From positions 1-64,000 of the forward strand of contig OZ287067.1 in NCBI GenBank assembly GCA_965645245.1: 64,000 nt of DNA, in the 5' to 3' direction. The notes beneath the pieces were generated by a model. It ran no database searches, had not been told where the DNA came from, and worked only from the letters and a program-made list of their open reading frames with translations. Position 1 is the stretch's first letter. The number at the start of each line of letters is the position of its first letter. Origin of the DNA: Massalongia carnosa (taxonomy: Eukaryota). The position numbers and the translations under genes were made by a program. Shown piece after piece: positions 1-12,700 of this stretch.

Positions 1-172
1 CCCTAACCCTAACCCTAACCCTAACCCTAACCCTAACCCTAACCCTAACCCTAACCCTAACCCTAACCCTAACCCTAACCCTAACCCTAACCCTAACCCT
101 AACCCTAACCCTAACCCTAACCCTAACCCTAACCCTAACCCTAACCCTAACCCTAACCCTAACCCTAACCCT
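1..172 (+). repeat. Telomeric repeat (CCCTAA)28 + CCCT; chromosome end
   Basis: Perfect CCCTAA tandem array from base 1, the C-rich strand of a TTAGGG telomere. Confidence 0.99.
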
Positions 173-320
173 TCCATGATAAGTTAAGACCCCACACTAT
201 GCCTAACTGGGTTAGGCGGGACCTTATTGTCTTGGTGGTTGTTTTGGCTGTATGTATCCCACATAGCCACATAGGCCAGTCTTACGTTCAACGAACGCAT
301 ACTAGGCCTACCCTATTACA
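173..320. mobile_element. Truncated LTR (last ~148 bp of the 484-bp LTR family) abutting the telomere
   Basis: Near-identical to ~8035-8181 (taagttaag.ccccacactatg...ccctattaca) and to 29340-29427. Confidence 0.92.
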
Positions 321-1510
321 GATAATCTTCTGATTAGCATTGCCAGTCTTCCTTATCGAATTTGGCTGCAGTATCTTCAGAGCACTAATAATTACAAGCA
401 ACGGCCGAATTAATTGTTTAAACAACTGAAGCTATAGAAAGCTTTGGTGCTTAGGCCCCGCCCGCTAGGCCGTGTCAGTGCTATATTATACATGATGTAG
501 TATATAAAGCAGTCAATCTCGCCTTCTAGGAAGTCTCACTATCCTCTCAGAAGCCGTATATACAGGCAATACCGTCAAGGCGTCATGGATTCCCTCACTT
601 CGGGCCTTGACTGACTTCCTGCCTCTTTTACCTCTCATCCCTCTATCCCTAACATCCTGTTACTCAGTCTGTATAGCGAACTCCGGATCCTCATTCTCTA
701 AGCAAGGCTCTGGCGGAGCAAGCGTTGAAGGGTCTAAATCGATGGAAATTGGCTGGATAGCCTGTGCCTTCTTATTTGTCTTGTTTTTCAGACTTTGAGG
801 TTTGGGCTCTGCAATGAGACTCCAAACAGATTTCTAGGCCTCCCAGAACTCCTTCTCTTGTTTATCTGCACGCTTCTTCTGCTCCTCTGTGTGCTTCTTC
901 ATCTCCAGTTCTTCGAGGACGTCATGATTCATTATACGTCCTTTACCGAGCTTTTGATTTGAACGTTTAGCCTTCTCCTTTTTACGCTGTTGATTCTCCA
1001 ACAATTCAGTATTTGTAGTCTCTAGTCTCGACGTACTTTTTTAATCCAGCCTTGCCTAGCTTCATCATCTCATGCTAGGTAGCCTTCCCATCAATAGCTT
1101 TGTGGAAGATTTCATTGAATTCAGCTGCATTTCTTGGAGGCTTGATAGGAGCGGATATAGTGACGCCATCCGATGATCGGAAATATACTTCTGGTGGCGT
1201 ATACGGCCTTAGAGTAATTGTGTTTATCACATCTTTCGGCTGTGGCAATGTCTTCAAAAGACTCTCTGGATCCAGAAGAAATAGAAGTGCTTTCTGCCAA
1301 GCACTGAGAATAGTAGTGAGTTTGGCTGTCTTACTCCGAGCTCGTTAATATAAATCAATGAAATCGACCTTATCCACATTAGCACTGCTATCCCACTTTA
1401 TCAGACGCAGTAGCGTGGTCCGATGAGATTCCCCAGTGGCTGAAATAAACCCACATCTAACGGCTGGAGGACGTGAGTTATGTGAGCTGGAAGGCAAGCA
1501 AGAATAATCT

Positions 1511-1723
1511 TGTCAGGACTCGGGTGTGGGAGCGCTAAATCCAACGGCTCTTTCCGACCGAAGCTTCGGAGATAAGCTTCTAGAGCCGGATGGAAACTTC
1601 GAGAAGAAGTGCAAACGGGCATATAGATTTCAAATTTTTCTTTGTAGAAAGATTTCTCTTCTTCATGCTTAGTCTCTTAGGTAGCTGACTACTATTCGTC
1701 TTCCCTGGATAGTGGTTCTTTCA
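1511..1723. mobile_element. Solo LTR (213 bp) inserted in the pogo transposase
   Basis: TG...CA ends; TSD AATCT at 1506-1510 and 1724-1728; interrupts the DDE coding sequence. Confidence 0.85.
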
Positions 1724-2506
1724 AATCTTCTCATTGATACAGAATTGGATAACTTCCGACGTAATATGAGAAGCATGCCCGTCGAGCTCAAGCAAGCGAT
1801 ATTTGCCCTGTTGTCGCCTTCTTCGAATATGGATCAAATACACGTTTAAACAACTCGAAAGCGAGTGTATTATTGGTCTAGCCCTTGTCACTGATAGCGA
1901 TATTATTACCACTCTCTAATTCATTCATCTAGGCCTTCCGTTGAGTCTTTGCTTTAAAGATGACGAAAGGAGGAAGAAGTGCTCCATCTGCAGAGATACA
2001 TTCAAGAAGAGATCTTTATTTCCCGCTCCCATTCTGACATATGTATGCATTGAGGTTTGCCTTTGAAACAACTACTTTCTGCTTTCCTGCTTGACCTATT
2101 GCGAAGCCCTTCTCGTCCATATTATATACGTCTCTTTTTTCAATATTGTATTGCTTCATTGTGTCCGAAAAGAGCTTAAACCAATTATTGATTGATTCGT
2201 AATTGACTGCATTGATGCACTCTTTATCTAACGGAGTGCAAAACCGAGATTTTAACGAATTATGTCGATTCAAGAACTTGTCCACCCAGTGACATCCTTA
2301 TGGGGTATGATTTCCACTTTTTTTGAGAAACTCTTCTGCTTGTAACTTGATTCGATAAATCATTAGAGGGATGCCCCATTTGGCCAATAATTTGATCCAG
2401 TTTATTAAGCATTCCTCCTCAATGAAAGTGAGGCGTTGTTGAGCTTGATGAGCTTTATGATGAGGTAATATTTCTCCTTTATATCGTCGATATAATGTTG
2501 TATGGG

Positions 2507-3214
2507 AAACATTGTATTTGTTGGCATATTGGCGGAATGAAGGCTTCTCTTGCTTAGGCTTTATTTCAGGCTAGAGTTATATTCATCCCACCGCTTGATA
2601 GCTTTGTCAAAGGAGATCATAACAAGCTCCATGTGCTCACGCCTTGGGATAACCTCTGTATCTGATTCCTCTTCTAATGGGTCTTCCTCAACAGCTTGCA
2701 TGATATTTTGGTAACGGAGGGATGGCTAGGCCAGGCGCTGATACCAATTATAGCTTCAATGGCCAGGGTTAAGGGTTGGAGAGTAGGTACAGGTCAATTG
2801 GCTGATTTGTAGAGACGCTACAGTATAAATTTTGGTAGGAATGCTTCAGCATCGGATAAACATTGTATTTGTTGGCATATTGGCGGAATGAAGGCTTCTC
2901 TTGCTTAGGCTTTATTTCAGGCTAGAGTTATATTCATCCCACCGCTTGATAGCTTTGTCAAAGGAGATCATAACAAGCTCCATGCGCTCACGCCTTGGGA
3001 TAACCTCTGTATCTGATTCCTCTTCTAATGGGTCTTCCTCAACAGCTTGCATGATATTTTGGTAACGGAGGGATGGCTAGGCCAGGCGCTGATACCAATT
3101 ATAGCTTCAATGGCCAGGGTTAAGGGTTGGAGAGTAGGTACAGGTCAATTGGCTGATTTGTAGAGACGCTACAGTATAAATTTTGGTAGGAATGCTTCAG
3201 CATCGGATAAACAT
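2507..3214. repeat. 351-bp tandem duplication (2 copies)
   Basis: 2507-2857 is repeated at 2858-3208 with one mismatch seen; AAACAT occurs at all three junctions. Confidence 0.93.
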
Positions 3215-3289
3215 CGGATATAAACCACTACTAGTACTGTTGCATATCTAGGTTTGTTGCATATCCCAGTCATCCCGAGTAATTACGTA

Positions 3290-4990
3290 ACACATCGTCT
3301 CAGAATTCGGTTAGTTTTATATGAGGTTCGCTTATTTAGAAGTTCTTCGATTAATCTCGCGTGCAGGAGAGGTCTCTTTTAAGCGAATTCCATATTCGCT
3401 TAATTTTTTTGGTGGCAGGAGACCTTCGAATCAAGAACCATGTATACAGAAATTCGATGTGTTGCCTGCGCTGTTCATCCCTGCACGATGCGATTACGGA
3501 TGTTGGCGCGACTCGTGCCGCTGCGAGACATTTGCACCTCGTCGCGTACGAATCCCATCCGACTATACTATTCCATCTCCTGCCGGGGCGGCAACGTCGC
3601 CGTCAAAAATATAATCTGCGTTTCTGCCCCGATTAATCGCCCTAATTGCTACAACTGCGGTCGGAAATCCTATTATTCGGTCAATGTAACATGACATTCG
3701 TCAATGACTGTACGTTCCATACGCAGCATAGCTCTTAATCGGTTGATGAATATCTGAAAATCCCCCGTCACCGCCGACTCCGGCGTGACCAACACCAACG
3801 ACGCCGCCTCGGGTCGCCGACGACTGCTGCACTCCGCGCACTCCGCGCACGTGATGCCCATGGTCTCACACCGTCGCCGTATTGCTTGTCGCAATGCGAT
3901 CAACGGCAAGACAACTACGCTCACCCCTCCGTGCCTGCACGACGCTGGCAACATAAATGTCATGCTTTTGCCGCCCCAGGTAGGCATCACCGCGATCACC
4001 GGCCTTTCGCAGGCCATGATCTTCTCAATCGTGACCCGTTGCACCCCGCGGAACCGACTGCCGGCGCCCATCAGTTGCTCGAACTTCTGTTGAATATCTA
4101 CTGCACGTAATCGTTTCTATCGATATATCCGAAACTCTTGATTCTCTCCTTTCCATACCGTCCGGCGTGTGGTTTCCTGTTTCGACGACTCGTGCGTCGT
4201 CATGACCGATGCAAATCCTAAAAACAGATGCCAGTCTTGACTGCTTTGACGAAACCGCTGACGCTTGCTGGCTACCTCTAAATCAGACTACATAATGCCT
4301 CGTGTATATATCATGCCCGCCACGTTCGATCTATGCCCCGCCTGCACGTCCGAAATATCGTTGAACCCCTCGTCGGCCGTCTCCTCGTTTTCCGTGTCGG
4401 CGTGAAATTACAAACCCTCTCGCATTTACTTTCGACTGATGCCAATGACAAACTCCCCATATACCTTAATGCCAAATGACGCGCCCATGCCAATTCGACT
4501 CTCGCGTTGCAATACCGTCCGCAACCGCTGCGACGGTCTCCGTTTGCCATCCGGGTCGGATCGTTATATGAACGCTGACACCTGATCATTTTCCCAAATC
4601 TTGACTTCAAATTATTGCTGAAAGGTCAACACCAAACATTTGTAATACATCAACAACTACCCCATCTCGCGTGGCAGATATCGATGACTCACCTTGAAAT
4701 CTCCTATTCTCACGTATCATTTATGATATCGGGTCACGTATACCATCAATCCCTGCTCCACGAATATGTTGCGCTGCTCTCCTCGCGCCGTGTTGCTGTG
4801 TCGACAACGCAATATTTAGGGGTCTCGTCCGGGATTTCCGCCGCCCATATGCATTAACACCAATAATTTCTCGCGAAATTCCGTCACCTGCGCCATGTAC
4901 GTCTCGATTCCCTTGCGATTCCATTGCATTTCGGATTTGGGCTGAACGAATCGTCGTTTCACCTCCTCATGATTCCATGTTCGATTGAAC
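3290..4990 (-). pseudogene. Telomere-linked RecQ-family helicase (TLH-like) relic
   Basis: ORF 3673-4071 has a motif I-like MPTWGGKS, motif Ia VVVLPLIAL, LVTPES and motif II VIDECH. Flanking sequence is fragmented and boundaries are approximate. Confidence 0.8.
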
Positions 4991-4999
4991 AACCACTAT

Positions 5000-6355
5000 T
5001 AAAAATTTCTTAGAGATCGAACACTTTCCGGCCTATCCAGATATTCTCCATGCGCAAACGATAGTACCTGACGCACTCCAGAAGCACGTGGTGAGCTGTA
5101 TGATAACCGAAGTAGCATAGATATTCGCCTGTTTCGGTGCGGCCTGTATCTGAGATATACTTGCGGAGACCAATCTTTCCTGTTCTTATCTGCACCAGGG
5201 TGGAACTCATTGACTTGTGAAGCCCCTGGTAGAGCTGCAAGACCTTGTTAGTGGGCTGGGGGAGGAGCTTTTTCGTTATCTGTCCGCGTTTTTCTGCCTC
5301 CCAATCCCCAGCCCATTCTTTGCAAATTATTGTCCTCATGTTGCGTTTTATCGCCGACTTTACTGTGTGTCCGACGAAGTCGAAATAGGTAAAGGAGGGA
5401 CTCTGGCCAGGTTCTAAGCAGCATGATGCTTCGTTTGCTGCTTAGTCAGCTATCTTGTTGCCTTCTACTCCTATATGCCCAGGTATCCAGCAGAGTCTGA
5501 CTCTTGCCTGTATCTCCCGGCATGCGTGGGGTTCCAATGATCTCGCCTAGTATGAACTGACCTGATTGAGTTCCGGGGTCGGCTACTGATTTGATGGCTG
5601 ATTGATTACCTGCAAAAATCGTTATTATCTCCCCTTGCCATCGTGCTATAGCCCCCGCCAGTCCCAGATCGATGCCCACTTGTTCCGCGAGGTAAACTGT
5701 GGCTTCTTACTTCGTTCCGAAGCGGGTTCCTACCCGTTGTGTTGTCGCTGGGGATGACCGCTGCCGCACCATGCTTCCAGTATGAATAGAAGAATGACCT
5801 CTAACCGCCAGGGTTGAGGGCATTTCCCCGAAGTCATTAAGCGGGACTCTAGCTTAGCAAGAGGGCTTCAGTATCGATAGTGGGAATCCGCTTGGCTTGT
5901 CTAGGCGCGGATCTCACGTATTATAACGTAGAGGGGGCTTGAACGTATGCGTAGTAGTGACTCGTTCACTGCCTGCTCCATGCGTTGCAGGCCATGCAGG
6001 AGGTGAAGATCCATATCCAACGCCGGGCCCGAGGTTGTTCTAAATGCTCCTGAAATGATCAGTGCCGCCCATCGCTAAATAGATTTGACGGCTTTGAGTA
6101 CGGCGGTTGCTTGCGTGATAGTCCCGTATCCGCCCTCCGGAACATACCATGCAGAGCATCCAAAGGTGAGTTACGGTAGTATGGTAGCTTGATAGATCCT
6201 TCGAAGGCTCGCAAGATTGGTGCCCCATGTGGAGCCCGCAAGGCTGCCTAGAGCCTCCAGTCTCTTTGAGGTTCTTGCTTCCAGTTTCCTTAAATGGGCG
6301 TGCCATTTGAGCTTGTCGTCGAATGTGGCACTCAGGTAGGTGGCGGTATGCTGTG
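5000..6355 (-). mobile_element. Tad1-like LINE, 3' part of ORF2 (end of RT, RNase H, C-terminal Cys/His region), degenerate
   Basis: YLSATFDDKLKW...YQATILP; RNase H-like IFAGNQSAIKSVADPGTQSGQ; VQIRTGKIGLRKY...HHVLLEC. Rejoins 16491 in frame once the 6356-16490 insert is removed. Confidence 0.88.
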
Positions 6356-6591
6356 CGAGTAGATTGGGGACAGACCCCATCTGGCAGACCCCTCGTAAAG
6401 TTCTACTGCTTATTAGGACTAGTTTAAACCTCACTCTCACACTAAACTAATAGTCCATCTACTAATGCAATTCCCCCCCCGCAAGCTTCATATACTTAGC
6501 TAATAAGTCGAAAAGATCGTTATATCCAGATTGAGTGTCTAAAAAAGTCACACCTATTACACTCTACTATTTCATTACTATTATATACAAC

Positions 6592-6720
6592 TCATTGCGA
6601 TGATCTCAACTCTGAAAACTCGTCAATCAGTTGCGAAACATCCTCCTTTCTAGGCTTCATAGTCCTAGCAATCTTCATAGCTGTCGCCTGCTTCTTCGCC
6701 TCGGCCCTTGCTACGCCGCG
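6592..6720 (-). pseudogene. Probable C-terminal remnant of the Mutator-like element's own gene
   Basis: Short open frame (..EAKKQATAMKIARTMKPRKEDVSQLIDEFSELRSSQ*) ending just inside the left TIR. Assignment is inferred from position. Confidence 0.4.
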
Positions 6721-6724
6721 GAAT

Positions 6725-6793
6725 GGGATGGGTTGGGTTCGGGTTGGGTTATTGTTGGGTTGGGTTGGGTTCGGGTTGGGTTTTCATTGGGTT
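6725..6793 (+). repeat. GGGTT/GGGTTC short-repeat cluster, likely hAT subterminal repeats
   Basis: About 10 GGGTT units upstream of the hAT ORF; not TTAGGG. Confidence 0.5.
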
Positions 6794-7697
6794 ACCCAAA
6801 TCACATGCTTAGTAATAGACCTTGACTTATCAACGTGGCGATCGGCGTTAGTATCTTATGTATTCTCAACTATACCATCTACTTACCATCAGGCATACTC
6901 TTCCTGGTGGTTGGTTTTCTTATCGCACCAGTTCTGGTACCTGGTCCGGGTATTCTGTCGAGTGTTCGGTTTGGAATTCGCTCAGGTTTGCGCGTACGCT
7001 TGCGCGGAGTCTTCGGTGCCATATCTAAAAGCAAAGAGACAAGCACACAGGTTATCAGTGGTCGCGCGTGGCAACTAGGTTATGTTGGGTACGGTTAGGT
7101 TCAGTATGACTAGGTTTGGCTGACTAGTTTAGGTGGAATATCTATGCATGCGTTTGATTTGACTGAGTGTTTAGAACGTAAACGTAGTTATTAATGCTTT
7201 ATCGCAGCATAATCTAGTCAATGAAGTTACATTCCTACAGCTACATTCCTACTGTTACATCCTGTATATACATTCCTATATATACAATCCTCGTCATTCG
7301 CAACAATGAGCAGCTCGCAGATGATAGATTCAGAGATATACGATCTTCAAGTTGTGGGCAAACCCACCAGATGCTACGCATATGTGGCCGAGAAGAGCGA
7401 GGAGTTTATGGAATGGTGGCGAAGTACGAGATGGCATGTTGCTAATGAAGAGAAGAGTAGAAAGGCGATGAAGAAGATCGATTGGGGATCGACCAAAAGA
7501 AAGGCGACGGAATGGAAAGAGTTTCAGGAAGGCGCCACTGTGGGCGATGGTAATCCCAAAATAACCTGCTCGCGATGCTCCCTGGTCTTGAATCATCCCT
7601 CACTGGGCTCCGGAAATAACTGCATGACTAATCACTTAAATTCCGAGTCCTGTAAAAAGACGTCGAAATTGAAAGGAATGAAGCAACTTTCCTTAAA

Positions 7698-8181
7698 TGA
7701 AACGGGGAGACCTTCTCCCAGCAGGCATTCACTACTGGAAGATGGGATCCACAGGGGCTACACAACGTGATAGTCACAATAGAGGTACAAATAGGTTGGG
7801 TCGGGTCAAAGGGTAGACTAAATGCTACCCTTTTGAAGTGCTTAATCATTGATCTATATAGGATAGGACAATCCATAATCTAAGCTCTTCTTCCATACCT
7901 TGCCCATACTACCTGGTATTTTCGGACTCCGAAATACTTCGGACACCGAAAGACACGGGTAGATAAGACTAGGCAGGTGAGCTAGGGGAGGTGAGGCGAG
8001 GCGAGGGGATACTTCGTGTACTACGAAAACACCTCTATAATAAGTTAAGTCCCCACACTATGCCTAACTGGGTTAGGCGGGACCTTATTGTCTTGGTGGT
8101 TGTTTTGGCTGTATGTATCCCACATAGCCACATAGGCCAGTCTTACGTTCAACGAACGCATACTTGGCCTACCCTATTACA
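7698..8181 (-). mobile_element. Solo LTR (484 bp)
   Basis: TG...CA; TSD TTAAA at 7693-7697 and 8182-8186. Orientation inferred from the 20484 copy. Confidence 0.92.
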
Positions 8182-9711
8182 TTAAAGGTTGGATATCGTG
8201 CCGAAGTATGACTACTACAATGACTACTATATTACGTGCTTTGCTAATCAATATTAGATTGAAGCAAAAAGACAAGAGGCCTTAACTCTCAATGGGCGTA
8301 GACTAAAAAAGGATAATTTCACGCCTCAATTGCTTCGTATGATTGTTGCTCTTGGGCTACCGTTACGAAGTGTCGCCAATGTCAAATTGCAAAGAGCGTT
8401 CAACTGTCTGCTCGATAATGTACAGTTTCCTTTACCATCGACAATCAAGAATCGCTTGATGACCCGAAGTCAAGAGATTATTCCGCTTTTGCTCGAGAGG
8501 CTACCTAGGGGTAGTTCAAAGGTCTCTCTGGCTTTGGATCGTTGGTCGTCATTTAATCGTCAAGGTTATCTGGCCATCAATGCTTACTTCATTGACGATA
8601 AATGGAATTATCACGAAGTGCTTCTTGCCTTCGAACACGTTGAAGGCTCACACACGGGAATAAAACTTGCTGAAGTATTGAACAGCGTTTTAATTAGACA
8701 TTCTATTGAAGATCGTGTTTTGGCATTAACCACGGACAGTGCATCTAATAACACAACGATGGTAGATGAGTTGCGACGAATGATACGAAGCAATCGAGCC
8801 TTGGCACTTCTACACACTGATGCTAATGAGATACAGCGAGTGCCTTGTTTATCGCATGTAATTCAACTTGCCGTGAAACAGCTACTTGGGTGAATTCACA
8901 TTAATCCCAAAAATGCCGATTATAAAACTAGCTGGGATGATAAGCAAGATAGACTGGATTTCGAAAACCCGACACCTGGAGTTCCCCTTACGCTAGCTAA
9001 GGCAAGATTTATTTTGTGTTAGTCGTTGTGGTAGTCGTTCCTTCGATTAGGTTCGAGCATTAGCTGTTTACATTAACAGTAGCAATTTACGTAAGGAGAA
9101 CTTCTACGCTGTTCAACGAGCATTGAATAACGAAGAGAGACGCACTGGAAACTCGGTCAGCGGTACAGTACTTAACCTTTTTCAAGATGTAAAATACTCG
9201 ATAGGATTCCACATGTCACATGTTAATTCGAGCGCTCAAGTTGCGACAGGTGCTGAATAGATATCATGATATATCAAAAGGTAGTATAGTAGATAGAGGA
9301 TAGAACGCTTGCTGTTGTTCTATATAGTGGGAATAGCTAGATTTATAGACAATGTACGGTATGCTAGTATTAGACTAGCGATACGTCTAGCCATTAGCGT
9401 GCGCCATACTCGTGCGGTAGAAGGTGAGTGCGGCTGAAATGAAGTAACCTGATTTGTACATTCTAACACTCCCACTCAGGCACTGAAATAGCACTCCCAC
9501 ATGATAAAGAGAAATTCAATAACTCCCACATACTCCCGTATAATATCATGCTTCCCAGTGGATCACCTGCAGGTGAGTCAGTGTACTCCGCAGGCTAATG
9601 CTGCTGGCGATGTACGAAAACACCCCCACAGGCTCAGCTGTGGGTGATACTTTTTTTTTTTTTTTTTTTTTTGGGTTAAGGTCGAAATTTTTACGACAAA
9701 GGGCTTCTGGT

Positions 9712-12700
9712 TTATTCTAAGCCTAAAGCTTTTCGAAAGACAACAAATTTGTCCTTTGGTAGGGCCTTGGTTAGGCCGTCAGCTACCTGTTCTTCGGTAG
9801 GAACATAGCGAAATTCCACTGATTTGTCTTCGATCTTCTCTCTTTGGTAGTGCCATTGGATGTCAATATGCTTGCTCCGCGCGTGTGCCTGGGGATTTTT
9901 GGCCAAAGCTATTGCTCCTTGATTGTCGCAGTAAATGATGATAGCATTTAGGGCGAAAGATGTAGGCAAGCAGGCAAGGGCTACAGAGGTGCTCTGGGTT
10001 TGGAGAGAGTGTATCCCAGGGACTTGAGGTGCTGAAAGTTGGTCGAGAAGACTAGACAGCCAGACGGCTTCCTTGGTGGCTTGAGTCTGACCCATGTACT
10101 CGGCTTCGCATGAAGATAGGGCTACGGTCGGTTGTCGTTTGGAAGACCAGCTAATAGCGCCACTACCCACATTAAACACGAAGCCTGAGGTAGACCTTCG
10201 GGTATGATGATCTCCAGCCCAATCCGCGTCAGTGTAACCGTTCAAGGGTTGTAAGTGACCTTTGTATGTTAACTGCAACGGTAGAGTGCCCTTGATGTAT
10301 CGAAAGATGCGTTTGACTGCCTTCCAGTGCGTATCGGTCGGGTTCGAGGCATAGCGGCTGACCACCGATACGGCGTAGGCTAAGTCAGGCCTAGTGCCTA
10401 GCATAGCATACATGAGAGAGCCCACCGCTGATTGGTAGCGGAGGCGAGAGTCATCTGTGGCCTGATGGCCCTCTGGTGCAGCCTCCAGTCGCCCATCCAT
10501 CGGGGTAGCCACGGGGTTAGTGTCCCACATGCCATGGTCGCGTAGTACTTTTTCCAGATAGGCCTGCTGACCAAGGCGAAGAATCCTATTAGCCCGATCC
10601 CGAGTTATCGTCATGCCCAGGTAGTAATTGATAGGGCCTAAATCGACCATCGAGAACTCGTCACTCAGCAGTTTCTTGACACGTTGTATCTCGGAAGAAG
10701 AAGAGCCAGTGATGATTAAATCATCGACGTAAATTGCTACGATAACCCTTTCTTTAACGAAAACGCTAAGGTCGGCGTTGACTGGAACGAATTCATGAGA
10801 CTTGAAAAAAGTAGGGATCGTTTCATACCAGATTCTAGACGACTGTTTCAGGCCATAAAGAGCTTTCTTCAACTTGCAAACTCTCGTTGACCCGTCATCC
10901 AGACCGGTTGGTTGCTCCACGTAGATTTCCTCGTCCACCCTTCCGTACAAGAAGGCTGTTTTTACGTCCATTTGGTGGATTTCCCAATCATTGGCTGCAG
11001 CGATAGCGAAGATGGCTTTATAGCTCATTGGCTTCACTACTGAAGCAAAAGTCTCATTGTAGTCAATGCCTTCACGTTGCTCAAAGCCTCTGACTACCCA
11101 TCGAGCCTTGTAACGAAGAATCTCGCCAGCCGGGCCTCGTTTGATTTTATAAACCCATTTGCCTCGCAGGGCTTTGCGGTCCGGGGGCAGGGAGGTGAGG
11201 ATCCAGGTATCATTTTCGTTGATAGAGTCAATTTCTTCCTGCATTGCCCTTCGCCAATCCTTTTCCTCCCGACTATCTACGGCCTGTTTATAGGTTTTAG
11301 GCTCGTATGGCTCCGGGTCATTGGCTCGAGCAAGAAGAGCCAAAAGAGCAAGCGGGTCAGGCGAGGGGGCGCGAAGTTTTGGATGCTTAGAGAGAATATC
11401 TGCCTGGGACCAAGGCTCAATGGGCAGTTGGTTTGCCAATGCCTCTTTTCCAGCGTTTGATGGGAGAGGTCCAGTGGGAATTGATTCTATGGATTCATGA
11501 GCGTCGACTAAGTCCGTATGAGGGATGTCCGTATGATGGGTAATTTTTTGCTTTCTTGTGGGCGGTCCTGACTGTCCAACATGTAGGGCTCTTTTAGTTT
11601 GAGAGAATGATAAGGAAGGAGGAGTTGGGGGGTTGTTATCTATCCACTGAACATTGGAATAACGCATGATCGCGCCCCGTGGATTTATCACTCGATAGAT
11701 GTGATCGCCTTCGTATCCTACTAAAGTACATTTGGTGGCTCGTTCCTGAAATTTCTTCCATCCGGTGGAGGGCTTGCGATTTTGCGCATAGCCAGTCTGT
11801 CCTATTATCCTTAGATGTCCTAGTTCTGGTGGGCTGCCGGTGTGAGACTCGTAGGGGGTGATGGAGCGTCCCGCATTTGGTTGTCGATTTCTTAGGTAGT
11901 TGGCAGTGAGAACCATCTCAGCCCAATATTTGATGTCTAGTTTAGCGCCTTCTCGCATGGTGCTGGCTAACTTGTGAAGCGTTTGACCTAGGCGCTCGGC
12001 TGTCCCGTTCATGGGTGGATTTCCCGGTACGGTAGGTTCCCACTGAATGCCATGCTCGTTTCTGAAATTCTCGAAGTCCTTGGAGTCATACTCACCCCCA
12101 CAGTCCGATCGCAAGCGCTTAATTCGTTTGTCCCCATATTCATTTTGCTTCTTGTAGTTTTTAAAAGCTTGAAGGACTCCGCTTTTGACGCGCAGTAAGG
12201 TGACGTGGGACCGTTTATCGAAATCGCAAAGAAAGGTCACCATATATTTGGCGCCGTTCAAGGCTTCTGGGAAAGGTCCTTGGACATCACTGTGAATTAA
12301 GTCCAGCGGGTGCTTGCCTGGTTGGATGGGGGCCCGGTGTGGTTCTACTTGGGACTGAGCTATGGCGCACGGAGGACAGGCGTCTTGGGGCGGGGGCTTG
12401 GTGAGGTCCATTCCTTTTGACATGCCAGCGAGCTTGAGAATGTTTTGATTTCCAAGATGGCCTAAACGAGCGTGCCACATATTTATCGCCTCGCTATTAA
12501 TTGCAGCAAGAGCGAGAGCGGCTTCAGAGACGTTCCACATATTCAGGATATACAGATTGTTGTTCTGGCGGCGAGCGATAATACCATAGTTCCCGATTTC
12601 AATTCCCTCTGGTACAATCTTCAGGGGACATCCATCTCGTTGTAATTGTCCTTGGGAGATGAGATTAGGCCTCCGTCCGGAACGTATAACACATCGAAAA

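Larger units (their letters stand above)
321..3287 (-). mobile_element. Degenerate pogo/Fot1-like DNA transposon (transposase pseudogene, ~600-2700)
   Basis: ORF fragments contain YNMDEKGF, LLELDGHASH and CLPAHITHVLQPLDVGLFQPL (DDE_1 motifs). Multiple stops and frameshifts. ACGTAATTAC-type end after TA near 3287; the other end is lost. Confidence 0.85.

Noticed and set aside
6725..6793. Interstitial telomere
   Set aside because: Units are GGGTT/GGGTTC rather than TTAGGG; better explained as transposon subterminal repeats.
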